DNA from: a virus
Direction: 5' to 3' (one strand)
Length of the DNA: 64,000 nt
Virus record (IMG/VR): IMGVR_UViG_3300009448_000011
Coordinates: 1 to 64,000 of that record
In this document: positions 51,050-59,438 of the stretch, one piece after another
Numbering within the stretch: position 1 is the first letter of the stretch
How the letters are laid out: each line of letters begins with the position of its first letter
Made by a program: the position numbers and the translations under genes
Notes under the pieces: generated by a model
Seen by the model: only the letters and a program-made list of their open reading frames with translations
Database searches by the model: none
Told to the model about the DNA's origin: nothing

Positions 51050-52303
51050 TTAAAAAGGCATACTATCGAGATCATAATCAGAAGGCTGAGAGATAGTACG
51101 AATAGAAGGAGAAGGAGAAGGAGAAGGAGAGGAAGGGACATTAATAGTACCATCGACTTGAATAGAAGTAGAAGGTTCAAGAGTTAAAGATTCAATAGTA
51201 GGAGAAGGAACTTCAACGGACCAAGATTTAAAAGCACGAGAATACTCAGGAATAAAAACTGCGCCGAGACTTCCAAAATGAGCTTGAAAGAGAGGAGAAG
51301 GGCCAGGGCTTTTGCGATAAGTCAAAGAAAGATAGTGAAATACAGGATTACGGAGGGGATCACGAGAATTTTTAAATTGGAAATGTAAGTCGCGACAATA
51401 AGATTCAAAACCAACGACAGAAAGATCAGGATCTCTTTTACCATTAGAGGATTTAATAGAGCGACCTTGAATATTAGTTTTACTTAAAGGAACTTCCATA
51501 AAAACAAATTCGCCAATATTGTTGCCATTAAGATCTAAAAGAGAAGAAACAGGATAGCTAACATTAGACATAACATAAGAAGATTTGCCATTAGCATCAG
51601 TTGTTTTAACATTTTTACGAACAAGGACTTCAAAAACAGCGAGATAAAGTTTGCCACGAGGGTCGCAAGAAATACGTTTATCAGAACCACCGTCACCAAT
51701 ACCGGGAATAACTTCAGTAGAGAAGCCACATTTAATACAATCAGAACAACTAGTAGTTTTTTCGCCTCTATAACCGACTAAGCCCAATTTTTCCACAGAA
51801 GGATTAGGTTTAGTATTATTAACAGACCATTTATTAGTAGACATATCCTTTTCAAAAGCATACTTCATACCATAAGGAACAGTAGGAAGAGCTTTAATTA
51901 ATTGACCTTTCTCTGTATAGCCAAGAACAGAACAAAGAACATTTGTTTTTTCACCATCAAAATATCTTAATTCATCACGTTGTTGATAGAGCATTACAGC
52001 GCCACGAAGTTCAATTACATTACCTAATTCAATAGGCTCACCACCTTCTTCTTTAGGAGGTAGAAATAGATATTCACTTTCTCTAATAGAGGGATTACCA
52101 TCATTATGTAAAGAAGTCCATTTAATAACACCATCAGATTTATGTGTATCAAAAACACTTCTAATTTTTTTAGGACGAGAATAAGAAGTAGATTTTTTAC
52201 TACCACCTCCTGAATAAAAATCAGAAGAACTATCCAAGTTAATATTTAATTCTTCCGCCAATAACAATAAATCATTATTATTTGTTTTAATTAAATCCGA
52301 CAT
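51050..52303 (-). CDS. Putative single-stranded DNA-binding protein
   Basis: Replication context, CxxC, (SP)n linker and acidic-aromatic tail DYDLDSMPF. Confidence 0.55.
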   Translation of the reverse strand: MSDLIKTNNNDLLLLAEELNINLDSSSDFYSGGGSKKSTSYSRPKKIRSVFDTHKSDGVIKWTSLHNDGNPSIRESEYLFLPPKEEGGEPIELGNVIELRGAVMLYQQRDELRYFDGEKTNVLCSVLGYTEKGQLIKALPTVPYGMKYAFEKDMSTNKWSVNNTKPNPSVEKLGLVGYRGEKTTSCSDCIKCGFSTEVIPGIGDGGSDKRISCDPRGKLYLAVFEVLVRKNVKTTDANGKSSYVMSNVSYPVSSLLDLNGNNIGEFVFMEVPLSKTNIQGRSIKSSNGKRDPDLSVVGFESYCRDLHFQFKNSRDPLRNPVFHYLSLTYRKSPGPSPLFQAHFGSLGAVFIPEYSRAFKSWSVEVPSPTIESLTLEPSTSIQVDGTINVPSSPSPSPSPSIRTISQPSDYDLDSMPF

Positions 52304-52322
52304 TTTAAATTTCCTTATTTGA

Positions 52323-53150
52323 TTAATTTAGATTAAATAAATTACGAACAGTAGAAACAGTTAAGTTTGAATAATTATGTACTACATAATCAAAAATAAA
52401 TACAGCTTCTTGTATTCTTATTTTTCCTTTATAGAACGCATCTTTAAAAATCATGTAATATAAAAGTAATTGAGGAGCATAAGTTTCGAGACTTTTAAAA
52501 ACCTGAGAATTATTATGAGGGCCTCGTATAAAAAGTAGAAACAAATCAGTTGTGTTTATATGTAATAAATACTTTTTAGAATCAGTGGCATACATATTTA
52601 ATAAATAAGTTTTAGAAGCATCGCTTGTTTTATTATATAGAAAATCCAAATCTGGAATAGAAAATTTTTTATTACCTCGTTCTTGATAAAGAAAAAATAA
52701 ATAACGAACTTCATTTTTCCATTTAGTAGGATTAGAGTTAAATTTTTTTATACAATATTCTGACCAAAAATAAGGCCAAGCATCTATATCTAAAATAGAA
52801 GACACACATAAAATTTCATGTTGATATTGCAGAGGACATAAAGAAAATTCTGTTACCCCTTCTAACTCTAAAAATCGTTTATATACCTTAGTATTTTTAA
52901 TTATTAAATACGTTTTATTATTCTTATTTTGCCTATACTCTTTTTTTAATATTTCTTCTCCTTCATAATTAACAATATAAATAGTCATATTAAGTTCTCC
53001 TAAAGAATCATAAGAAACACTATTAAGGAGAGTATTAGAAATATGTAGTAGAGAATTAGTAGTAGAAAAAGAGAGTAATTTTTGTTCTACATTAGTATTA
53101 AGAATATGATATTTTACAAGATTAAAAGGAGAATTACTAATTATTAACAT
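52323..53150 (-). CDS. Hypothetical protein, possible clamp-loader delta-like subunit
   Basis: Coupled to the DnaX-like gene; size is compatible; no clear motif. Confidence 0.35.
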   Translation of the reverse strand: MLIISNSPFNLVKYHILNTNVEQKLLSFSTTNSLLHISNTLLNSVSYDSLGELNMTIYIVNYEGEEILKKEYRQNKNNKTYLIIKNTKVYKRFLELEGVTEFSLCPLQYQHEILCVSSILDIDAWPYFWSEYCIKKFNSNPTKWKNEVRYLFFLYQERGNKKFSIPDLDFLYNKTSDASKTYLLNMYATDSKKYLLHINTTDLFLLFIRGPHNNSQVFKSLETYAPQLLLYYMIFKDAFYKGKIRIQEAVFIFDYVVHNYSNLTVSTVRNLFNLN

Positions 53151-54381
53151 AATACTTTAGATATTCCGACCAAGTAGTAAAAGAAAAATTAGCCATTTTA
53201 ATTGGCTTTGAAGTTAAAGGTTTTCCAACCAATTTTTCTAATTGAGAAGTAACTAGTTTACTAACTTTTACTACATTTAAACTTTGAGGTGGAGATTGAG
53301 ATTGAGATTGATTTAAAGATTGAGATTGAGATTGAGATTGAGATTGAGATGAAAGAGATAATAAACATTTACCTTGATAAAGTTTAAAAATAGAAACAAC
53401 AGGAATTTTATAAGAAGATTGAAGCCAAAAAGACAAAGAACTAAGAAAGTGAATACCTTCGAGATTCAAATTTTGAGAAACCAAAAAGGATAAAAAATAA
53501 GAAATAGCAACTTCTTCATTAGTTAAAATAGTTTTAAAAAAAGAAGAGGTATTATCCCAAGAGTTAGATTGAAGACTAAGAAGTAAAGAGTGACAAGATT
53601 CAAGATTCAAGCCGCCTAATTTTTCAGAAGAAATATGAGAAGGAGTTAAGAGAGAAAGAGAGCCTTCAGATTTAGTAATAAAATACTGTAAAGTTTGCCA
53701 AGCTTTTCTAACATTACCGTTAGACAAATAGGCGATTAAATCAGCACAAGAAGGATGAAGATCCGAATAAAAAAATTGAAGTTTAGAACTAATAGAAGAA
53801 GAAGAAATAGGAGATAAAGAAAGTTCAATACAGCGACTTTCGATAGCCTCTCTAACGATAGAATCCATTTTATCTAAATCCATAGAAATCAAAATAACGG
53901 TAACATTATCAAGAGCAAATTCTAAGGAATCAAGAAAGGGGCTAATAGATTGACGAGAAGCAGATTGAACTTCATCAATAATAATAAATCTACGATTATT
54001 ATCATGTCTAACATTATCATGAGTTAAAACTGTAGTAGATTTAGTAAGACTAATTAAATCAGAAACAGCTTCCTTAAACACTGAAGCTTCTGTAATAGAA
54101 TAATAAGTAATATTAGGATGTTGATTTTTATGTATGGTTTTAGAACAAGAAGAACAGTGATTACAAGGTTGAAAATCGTGTTCTAAACGTTGTTCACAAA
54201 GAGTAGCTTTAACATAGAGTTGAGCAATAGTAGTTTTACCTGAGCCACTACCGCCACTAATAATCAAGCCACTAGGATGTTTATTAGTTTTAATAACAGA
54301 TTTCAAATAATTAGCGGCGCCATCTTGTTCTAGATATTCATCCCAAGTAGAGGGACGATAGTCATTAATAGAGTTAGTCAT
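53137..54381 (-). CDS. dnaX: Clamp loader, DNA pol III gamma/tau-like
   Basis: YRPSTW, GGSGSGKTT, C...PCNHCSSC, IIDEVQ, SRC, GNVRKA. Confidence 0.88.
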   Translation of the reverse strand: MTNSINDYRPSTWDEYLEQDGAANYLKSVIKTNKHPSGLIISGGSGSGKTTIAQLYVKATLCEQRLEHDFQPCNHCSSCSKTIHKNQHPNITYYSITEASVFKEAVSDLISLTKSTTVLTHDNVRHDNNRRFIIIDEVQSASRQSISPFLDSLEFALDNVTVILISMDLDKMDSIVREAIESRCIELSLSPISSSSISSKLQFFYSDLHPSCADLIAYLSNGNVRKAWQTLQYFITKSEGSLSLLTPSHISSEKLGGLNLESCHSLLLSLQSNSWDNTSSFFKTILTNEEVAISYFLSFLVSQNLNLEGIHFLSSLSFWLQSSYKIPVVSIFKLYQGKCLLSLSSQSQSQSQSQSLNQSQSQSPPQSLNVVKVSKLVTSQLEKLVGKPLTSKPIKMANFSFTTWSEYLKYYVNN

Positions 54382-55178
54382 AAAGTTTCTTTTAAACCCA
54401 TTACATTATTATAATTTGTAACAACCAATTTTTTAATTAAGATCATATCTTGATTCCAATGCCAAGTAGGAGAGCCCACAATAACAGGTTTAATAGGTTT
54501 AGTAGATTGAACAGAGAGTTTACCTTTTAGATTTAGGCTACTAGAAGAAATGTCCATAGCAGTATAGCGAGAGATGTCGAGAGGATTAAAAGTAATTAAA
54601 GTAGGGTGAGTAGAATTATAAGTAAAGACGGTACGACGACTAGAATAGAGTTTTTGATTGGGATGTAATAATTTAGCAGCTTCAGTGCCACAAAGTAAAA
54701 TAGGGCAAGTAGGATTATATTTAGAAATAACATTTATTTCTTTTTCGAGCCATTTTATTTTACAAGAGCGAATATAGTGATCTTTAATATCAACTTTATC
54801 GCCTCTAGAATCAAAAGGACTGCATTTAAGTATATTAGTAAAAGCAATTTTATCATAGAAAGGTTTTAAAGTTTGTGGAAAATGAACATCCCAATCAAAA
54901 TGAAAGATAGTAGAATATTGAAAAAAGCGGCCGGCATTAGGCTTATCTATAGATTCTGTTTTAAGATTAGGAGCAAAACTAAAACCCTTTTTAAGTTCTT
55001 CTCGAGAAGGAAAAGGAGCAATAATAATTAAATTAACATTAGAAAGGCCGCCAAAAGTATGACCACCGATTGCGGAGCCACAAGAAAGAGCACAATTATT
55101 ACAATTAGAATCAAAATCTGGTAATAGTCTATAAACTCTTTTAGAAGGAGGAGAAGAAGGCAAGTGACCTTTAAGCAT
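54378..55178 (-). CDS. Uracil-DNA glycosylase family 4-like protein
   Basis: CNNCAL, P.REE, AGRFF, TNILKC.P, C..KWLEKEI, ILLCG..A, TFNP. Confidence 0.75.
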   Translation of the reverse strand: MLKGHLPSSPPSKRVYRLLPDFDSNCNNCALSCGSAIGGHTFGGLSNVNLIIIAPFPSREELKKGFSFAPNLKTESIDKPNAGRFFQYSTIFHFDWDVHFPQTLKPFYDKIAFTNILKCSPFDSRGDKVDIKDHYIRSCKIKWLEKEINVISKYNPTCPILLCGTEAAKLLHPNQKLYSSRRTVFTYNSTHPTLITFNPLDISRYTAMDISSSSLNLKGKLSVQSTKPIKPVIVGSPTWHWNQDMILIKKLVVTNYNNVMGLKETL

Positions 55179-55189
55179 AAATAATAGAA

Positions 55190-55579
55190 TCAGACATATT
55201 GTTTAAAAACAGAGGAATTTACTTCAAACAAATCAATAAAAGAAGTTTGTAAGACAACTAAATTAGCAATAGGAAAAAGAGGGTCAAGAGTAAGAGGTTG
55301 TGTAGATAGCAAAGAGAGAGACAAAGAAGTAGATTGTTTAGGGGCAACAACTTGACAAGAATCGACAATAGAACAAAGAGGTAAAAGAGGTAAAAGAGTA
55401 TATAACAAAGTAATAGGGGATTCACTATAAAGAAGAACGCCTAAATCTAAAGTAGTAATTAAATTTGGAGATAAAGTAAGAGAAAAAGGAGAATAGACTT
55501 TATAGCCAGTAGGCAGACAAAATTCTAACTGACTATTATGGCTAGAAATTGTTTTAGTAAAAATTATTTTATTTATCAT
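55190..55579 (-). CDS. Degenerate dUTPase-like protein (likely start 55579, MINKII)
   Basis: dUTPase-like pattern (YSP...L.P.....LDLG, PIANLVV) but lacking the canonical SG/DxDYxG motifs; the upstream extension to 55795 overlaps the HNH gene. Confidence 0.4.
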   Translation of the reverse strand: MINKIIFTKTISSHNSQLEFCLPTGYKVYSPFSLTLSPNLITTLDLGVLLYSESPITLLYTLLPLLPLCSIVDSCQVVAPKQSTSLSLSLLSTQPLTLDPLFPIANLVVLQTSFIDLFEVNSSVFKQYV

Positions 55580-55592
55580 AGTTGTAAAAGAA

Positions 55593-56195
55593 TCACAAAA
55601 ATTTAAGAGACATATTAAAAATAAGTTTGGATTGTTGAAAAGGAAGATTAAGCAACAATTCTTTAAACAAATCGGCCCCAAAGTTTTGACTAGTGGCCTT
55701 AATAGATCTGATGAGAAGTTCACAAAAGTTCCCAACGCCAAACAAATTAACGCGATCAATATCAAATTTAACTTCTGCGTTATGGTAGTAGGCACTAGTA
55801 GAACAGCAAACAGAAGTAATATCAGCGATAACTTTGTTATTTGTGGGGGTAGTATACCAAAGATTGGAAATATGATTATCAGAAGGATTGTGATTTAAGT
55901 GATGAACTTCCACAGAACCTTTCAAAATCTTATGACCAAAATAGAGTTTTTTCCAACCTTTCCAGACATATAGAACTACTTGATGCATGCCCACAATTTG
56001 TTTTTTCTTGTTTGAGGCATGTAGTTTAAAGAAACAAGCATTTTTCAACAATTTAAACAAGGCTGGATTTTGGGTTTGAGTTAAAAACTTATAGCCATTT
56101 TTGTTAACAAAAAACCTAGCAGAAGGCAACAAAGTTTTAATTTTCTCTAATTTAACTTTGAGACTTTTTATACTTTGATTGTTAAATTGTTCCAT
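55593..56195 (-). CDS. Free-standing HNH endonuclease
   Basis: MHQVV...VEVHHLNHNPSDNHISNL...NN. Confidence 0.8.
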   Translation of the reverse strand: MEQFNNQSIKSLKVKLEKIKTLLPSARFFVNKNGYKFLTQTQNPALFKLLKNACFFKLHASNKKKQIVGMHQVVLYVWKGWKKLYFGHKILKGSVEVHHLNHNPSDNHISNLWYTTPTNNKVIADITSVCCSTSAYYHNAEVKFDIDRVNLFGVGNFCELLIRSIKATSQNFGADLFKELLLNLPFQQSKLIFNMSLKFL

Positions 56196-56240
56196 GATTT
56201 TTTATTATTTTTATTATTTTAATTATTTTAATTAAAAAAT

Positions 56241-56272
56241 AAAAGCAATCAGAAATAGATCTAATTGCTTTT
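56241..56272 (-). terminator. Intrinsic terminator-like hairpin upstream of the HNH gene
   Basis: AAAAGCAAT...ATTGCTTTT stem followed by a T-rich run on - strand. Confidence 0.45.
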
Positions 56273-56487
56273 AAAGTAGTATTAAGTGCGCCTTTAACTG
56301 TATTTTAATAATTCGGATAGTCACAGTAAAACTATCTATGCTTTCCTACTGCACAACCATTTAAACAAAACTTTTAAAAAAAGTAAAATCTAAGGGGCTC
56401 TGGACTAGGTGATGGGTGCCTATCCCTTCTGATGATTAAAGTCGAGTCTTCTAGACAGATATTTAATTTTAAGGTAACAAGTAAAGG

Positions 56488-56539
56488 CTAAGATTAATAT
56501 CTATACTCCTAATCAGGACAATATAGATATTAATCTTAG
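56488..56539. repeat. Perfect 18-bp inverted repeat
   Basis: CTAAGATTAATATCTATA-16 nt-TATAGATATTAATCTTAG. Confidence 0.9.
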
Positions 56540-56567
56540 AAATATTATAACATAAAATTACTTAAAA

Positions 56568-57740
56568 TTAACAATTAGCCTCATAAATAATAACATCACT
56601 AGAGACGTCATCTTGTTTATGAGAACACAAATGAATAACTTTAATAGGAGTTGAGTTTTTAACATCAATTTTTTTAATATTAATTTGAACAGTATCAAGA
56701 GGAAGAATTTTATGTTTAGGGCCACCCATAGCGCGAAGAGCTTTAATAATATGGCCAACAGAAAGATTAATTTTCTCAAAAATACCTTGAGTAGAAACTT
56801 TCAAAGAAGAAGGAATAATAATATTACTTTTACTACTATCAATTTTAATATGAAATTGGGAGAGTTCGAGATCAACTTCAAAGTTAATAATATTAGTTTC
56901 AGTAGAATCATAACTTTGCCATTTAATACTTTCAGTAATATCTTCATATTCGACTTGAATAAAGGAATTACAAGGTTGAGAAATAATAGTATCAACTTTA
57001 AGAACAATATTATTAGGAGAATTATCAACTATAAAACACATTTCGCCTTCATTAGAATAAAACTTAAGAGAGTTAAGAGAAGAGCTAAAAGAAAGCATTA
57101 CCTGATCGCCGAGGAGAGGAATAATACGAAGAAGAGCGGGTCTAATAGCGCCTTTAAAATGGCCAGTACTATTAGTAGAAGTAATAGATTTATAGCGAAT
57201 ATAGCTAGTTTCAGTAAATTGAACATACATAAAGATAGTAGAAGAATTAGTAGTAACAAATATTTCTCTATCATTATAAGAATTAGCACAAGCAATAGGA
57301 ATCAAGTCCAAGAAATAAGAAAGAGAGGGACAAATATCGACATAAGAAAGAGGATCAAATAATTTATCAGAAAGAAGACTATCTTGACTAAAATATTGAT
57401 TATCAACAATAGAGCCAAAAGGTTTCATTTCATAATGTAAAAGATTATTATTACTAGAGATTTCCAAGCCATATTTAGGATTAAGCTTAGCAGTCATTGC
57501 TTTTAATTTATTAGAGAGAACAATTTGGCGACCTTCTTCAACAATATCAACTAAAAGTTTCAATTTAACAGAATGACTAGTCAAATCAACAGTAGTAATT
57601 TCGAGAGTCCCTTCCGCTTTATTTGTTTTTAACTCAATACATTGTTCCACACTATTAAGTTGTTTTCTTATACTAGGAATCGAGCAAATAGCATTAATGA
57701 TTTTTTTATAATCAGCTATATTTTCTATTCTAACTTTCAT
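56568..57740 (-). CDS. Sliding clamp, DNA pol III beta-like
   Basis: 390 aa; N-terminal pattern (CIELK....TLEITTVDL...V...DIVEEG) typical of beta clamps; DnaX-like loader nearby. Confidence 0.6.
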   Translation of the reverse strand: MKVRIENIADYKKIINAICSIPSIRKQLNSVEQCIELKTNKAEGTLEITTVDLTSHSVKLKLLVDIVEEGRQIVLSNKLKAMTAKLNPKYGLEISSNNNLLHYEMKPFGSIVDNQYFSQDSLLSDKLFDPLSYVDICPSLSYFLDLIPIACANSYNDREIFVTTNSSTIFMYVQFTETSYIRYKSITSTNSTGHFKGAIRPALLRIIPLLGDQVMLSFSSSLNSLKFYSNEGEMCFIVDNSPNNIVLKVDTIISQPCNSFIQVEYEDITESIKWQSYDSTETNIINFEVDLELSQFHIKIDSSKSNIIIPSSLKVSTQGIFEKINLSVGHIIKALRAMGGPKHKILPLDTVQINIKKIDVKNSTPIKVIHLCSHKQDDVSSDVIIYEANC

Positions 57741-57780
57741 AATATTATTTATATTCTTTATTATTAATAATCAATTACAT

Positions 57781-57810
57781 TTGACATACTAAGTTATGGT
57801 ATGTTATACT
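57781..57810 (+). promoter_or_regulatory. Sigma70-type promoter of the free-standing cassette
   Basis: TTGACA-18 nt-TATACT with extended TG. Confidence 0.7.
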
Positions 57811-57834
57811 TTAAAAAAGGAAAAAGAGAATAGA

Positions 57835-58419
57835 ATGAATTTAGAAACTTGTCAAAACTTAAGCTTGATAATAGAAAAAGACCAAACAATTGAAGTAATT
57901 GAAATTTGGGCAAAAGTATTATATATAAGAAGAAGCAAAGGAAGAAATTCATTTTATTCGAAGAAAGGAATAACAAAAGAAACAGAAGGAATATTTTGTA
58001 ATAACTTAAAAGTTTCAGAAAATTATAAAAGCCTTTTTAAAAAATACCACCCCGATTTAAACAAAGGAAAAGAAAGTTATGTTGACATTTCAAAAAACAT
58101 TAATAGATGGAAAAACTTATTACTTGAGAGTGGACAAAGAGAGTTTGATCAACAATTATATACAGAGCTTATTGAGTTTTGTGGACCACTCACATCCATT
58201 TTCACTATTGGAACCAGAGCAAGTTTTATCGCAAAACAAACGTGCGGATCTATCAACATCCCTCAATTTAGTTCTGAACAGGAATTTGTTGAGTGGAAAG
58301 CAGCGCCAAAGCAAGTTGCTTCCAGGCAAGCGTTCCTTGATAGCCAACTTACTAGAGCTCAAATCATCAAAAAGTACGGTAAATCCTACTATGATTATGA
58401 AAGAGATCTTCCTTTTTAA
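57835..58419 (+). CDS. HPD/J-domain-like protein, cassette copy 1 (ORF1)
   Basis: Start MNLETCQ aligns with paralog MDIQTAA; YKSLFKKYHPDLN; ends ERDLPF. Confidence 0.7.
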   Translation: MNLETCQNLSLIIEKDQTIEVIEIWAKVLYIRRSKGRNSFYSKKGITKETEGIFCNNLKVSENYKSLFKKYHPDLNKGKESYVDISKNINRWKNLLLESGQREFDQQLYTELIEFCGPLTSIFTIGTRASFIAKQTCGSINIPQFSSEQEFVEWKAAPKQVASRQAFLDSQLTRAQIIKKYGKSYYDYERDLPF

Positions 58420-58825
58420 TCCTGACCAGGACACTATAATACGTCCTTACGGATTAGAAAAAAATCAAATGTATAGTAATTATATGCCAACGGGCAAAGA
58501 AAGCAAAAATTATTTAAGGAGTTACATTAATAAAGCAGAATCTTTAGGGATCAAAGTCAAAGCTTTCAATTTTAACATTTGCGGTCCTGTTGTCACACAA
58601 GAAGCTATTGAATTCGCCAATTACATGAATATTGCAATTAAAGAATTAAATGGAGTGAAAATACAAATCAATGTATTCACTTTGGAACAATTAATCAAAG
58701 AATTAATGACAAATATAAATGGAAACAAATGGTTCATCACTTCGCAAGTTCCAAGTATATGCTGGGGAAAAGATCAGGTACAATATTTAATTTCAGAAAA
58801 AAAAGCTATATTAACAGAAAGTTAA
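58079..58825 (+). CDS. PD-(D/E)XK nuclease-like protein, cassette copy 1 (ORF2), overlapping ORF1 by 341 nt
   Basis: E..I..YI, KRADLS, LLELKS; ATG preceded by AAGGA; homologous over its full length to 62545..63276. Confidence 0.65.
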   Translation: MLTFQKTLIDGKTYYLRVDKESLINNYIQSLLSFVDHSHPFSLLEPEQVLSQNKRADLSTSLNLVLNRNLLSGKQRQSKLLPGKRSLIANLLELKSSKSTVNPTMIMKEIFLFNPDQDTIIRPYGLEKNQMYSNYMPTGKESKNYLRSYINKAESLGIKVKAFNFNICGPVVTQEAIEFANYMNIAIKELNGVKIQINVFTLEQLIKELMTNINGNKWFITSQVPSICWGKDQVQYLISEKKAILTES

Positions 58826-58909
58826 CGTTCTGATTCATCTATTCCTTCAGACTTATCAATTTTATTCATTTCGCCCCAAAGACCATCTAAATTTTCTTCA
58901 TCAGAACCC

Positions 58910-59383
58910 TCATTGTTCTGATGATTCTTTTTTTTTCTCAACCTTACTAAAGTCTTCAGTTACAGTATTAAAAATTTTAATAATAGCTTGTTTTTCTTGT
59001 AGAAACTTCATTAAGGCACTTGTTAGTGAAGTATTACATTCACTAACAACATGCATAGAATATTCAAGATAAAGATCATCAGGGTTCAAAGAACTAAGAG
59101 AAAGAATACCTTCAAGACCAGGCTGAACACTCATAATAATATTAATCAAAAAATCGGGGCTTATAAAAAGAGGAACTTCTATAGGCAAAACAATACGAAT
59201 TAAATGATTAGATAAAGGATAAATTTGAGAAAAACCGTACGAAGTTTCTCCTTCAATTAACCACCCTTTATCTTCTAAAAATTTAACATTACAAAATTCT
59301 AAATATTGAAATAATATTTTATTATTACGAATAGAAAGCATATATTCGTAAGGATTAAAATTAGGATTAGGAGTAGAAAGCAT
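58910..59383 (-). CDS. Hypothetical protein (may extend to 58822 via an A9 run)
   Basis: 157-aa ORF; the alternative frame after the A9 run encodes an acidic tail ending at 58822. Confidence 0.55.
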   Translation of the reverse strand: MLSTPNPNFNPYEYMLSIRNNKILFQYLEFCNVKFLEDKGWLIEGETSYGFSQIYPLSNHLIRIVLPIEVPLFISPDFLINIIMSVQPGLEGILSLSSLNPDDLYLEYSMHVVSECNTSLTSALMKFLQEKQAIIKIFNTVTEDFSKVEKKKESSEQ

Positions 59384-59406
59384 ATATTCGTAAGGATTAA
59401 AATTAG
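59332..59406. repeat. 33-bp direct repeat with 42-bp period at the start of the 58910..59383 gene
   Basis: TAGAAAGCATATATTCGTAAGGATTAAAATTAG occurs twice. Confidence 0.85.
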
Positions 59407-59438
59407 TTTTAAAAAAATTGACTTTTTGTTATTTTGAT

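Noticed and set aside
55580-55898. N-terminal extension of the 55190 ORF and + strand ORF 55632..55898
   Set aside because: Both overlap the HNH gene; an internal ATG at 55579 fits operon packing better
56420-56460. CTGATGA as a hammerhead ribozyme core (and GTGCG at about 56286 as a group II intron start)
   Set aside because: No correctly placed GAAA/stem II, and no group II domain V found
56685-57362. 225-aa + strand ORF
   Set aside because: Antisense to the clamp gene; low-complexity Asn/Arg/Ile composition caused by the local strand skew
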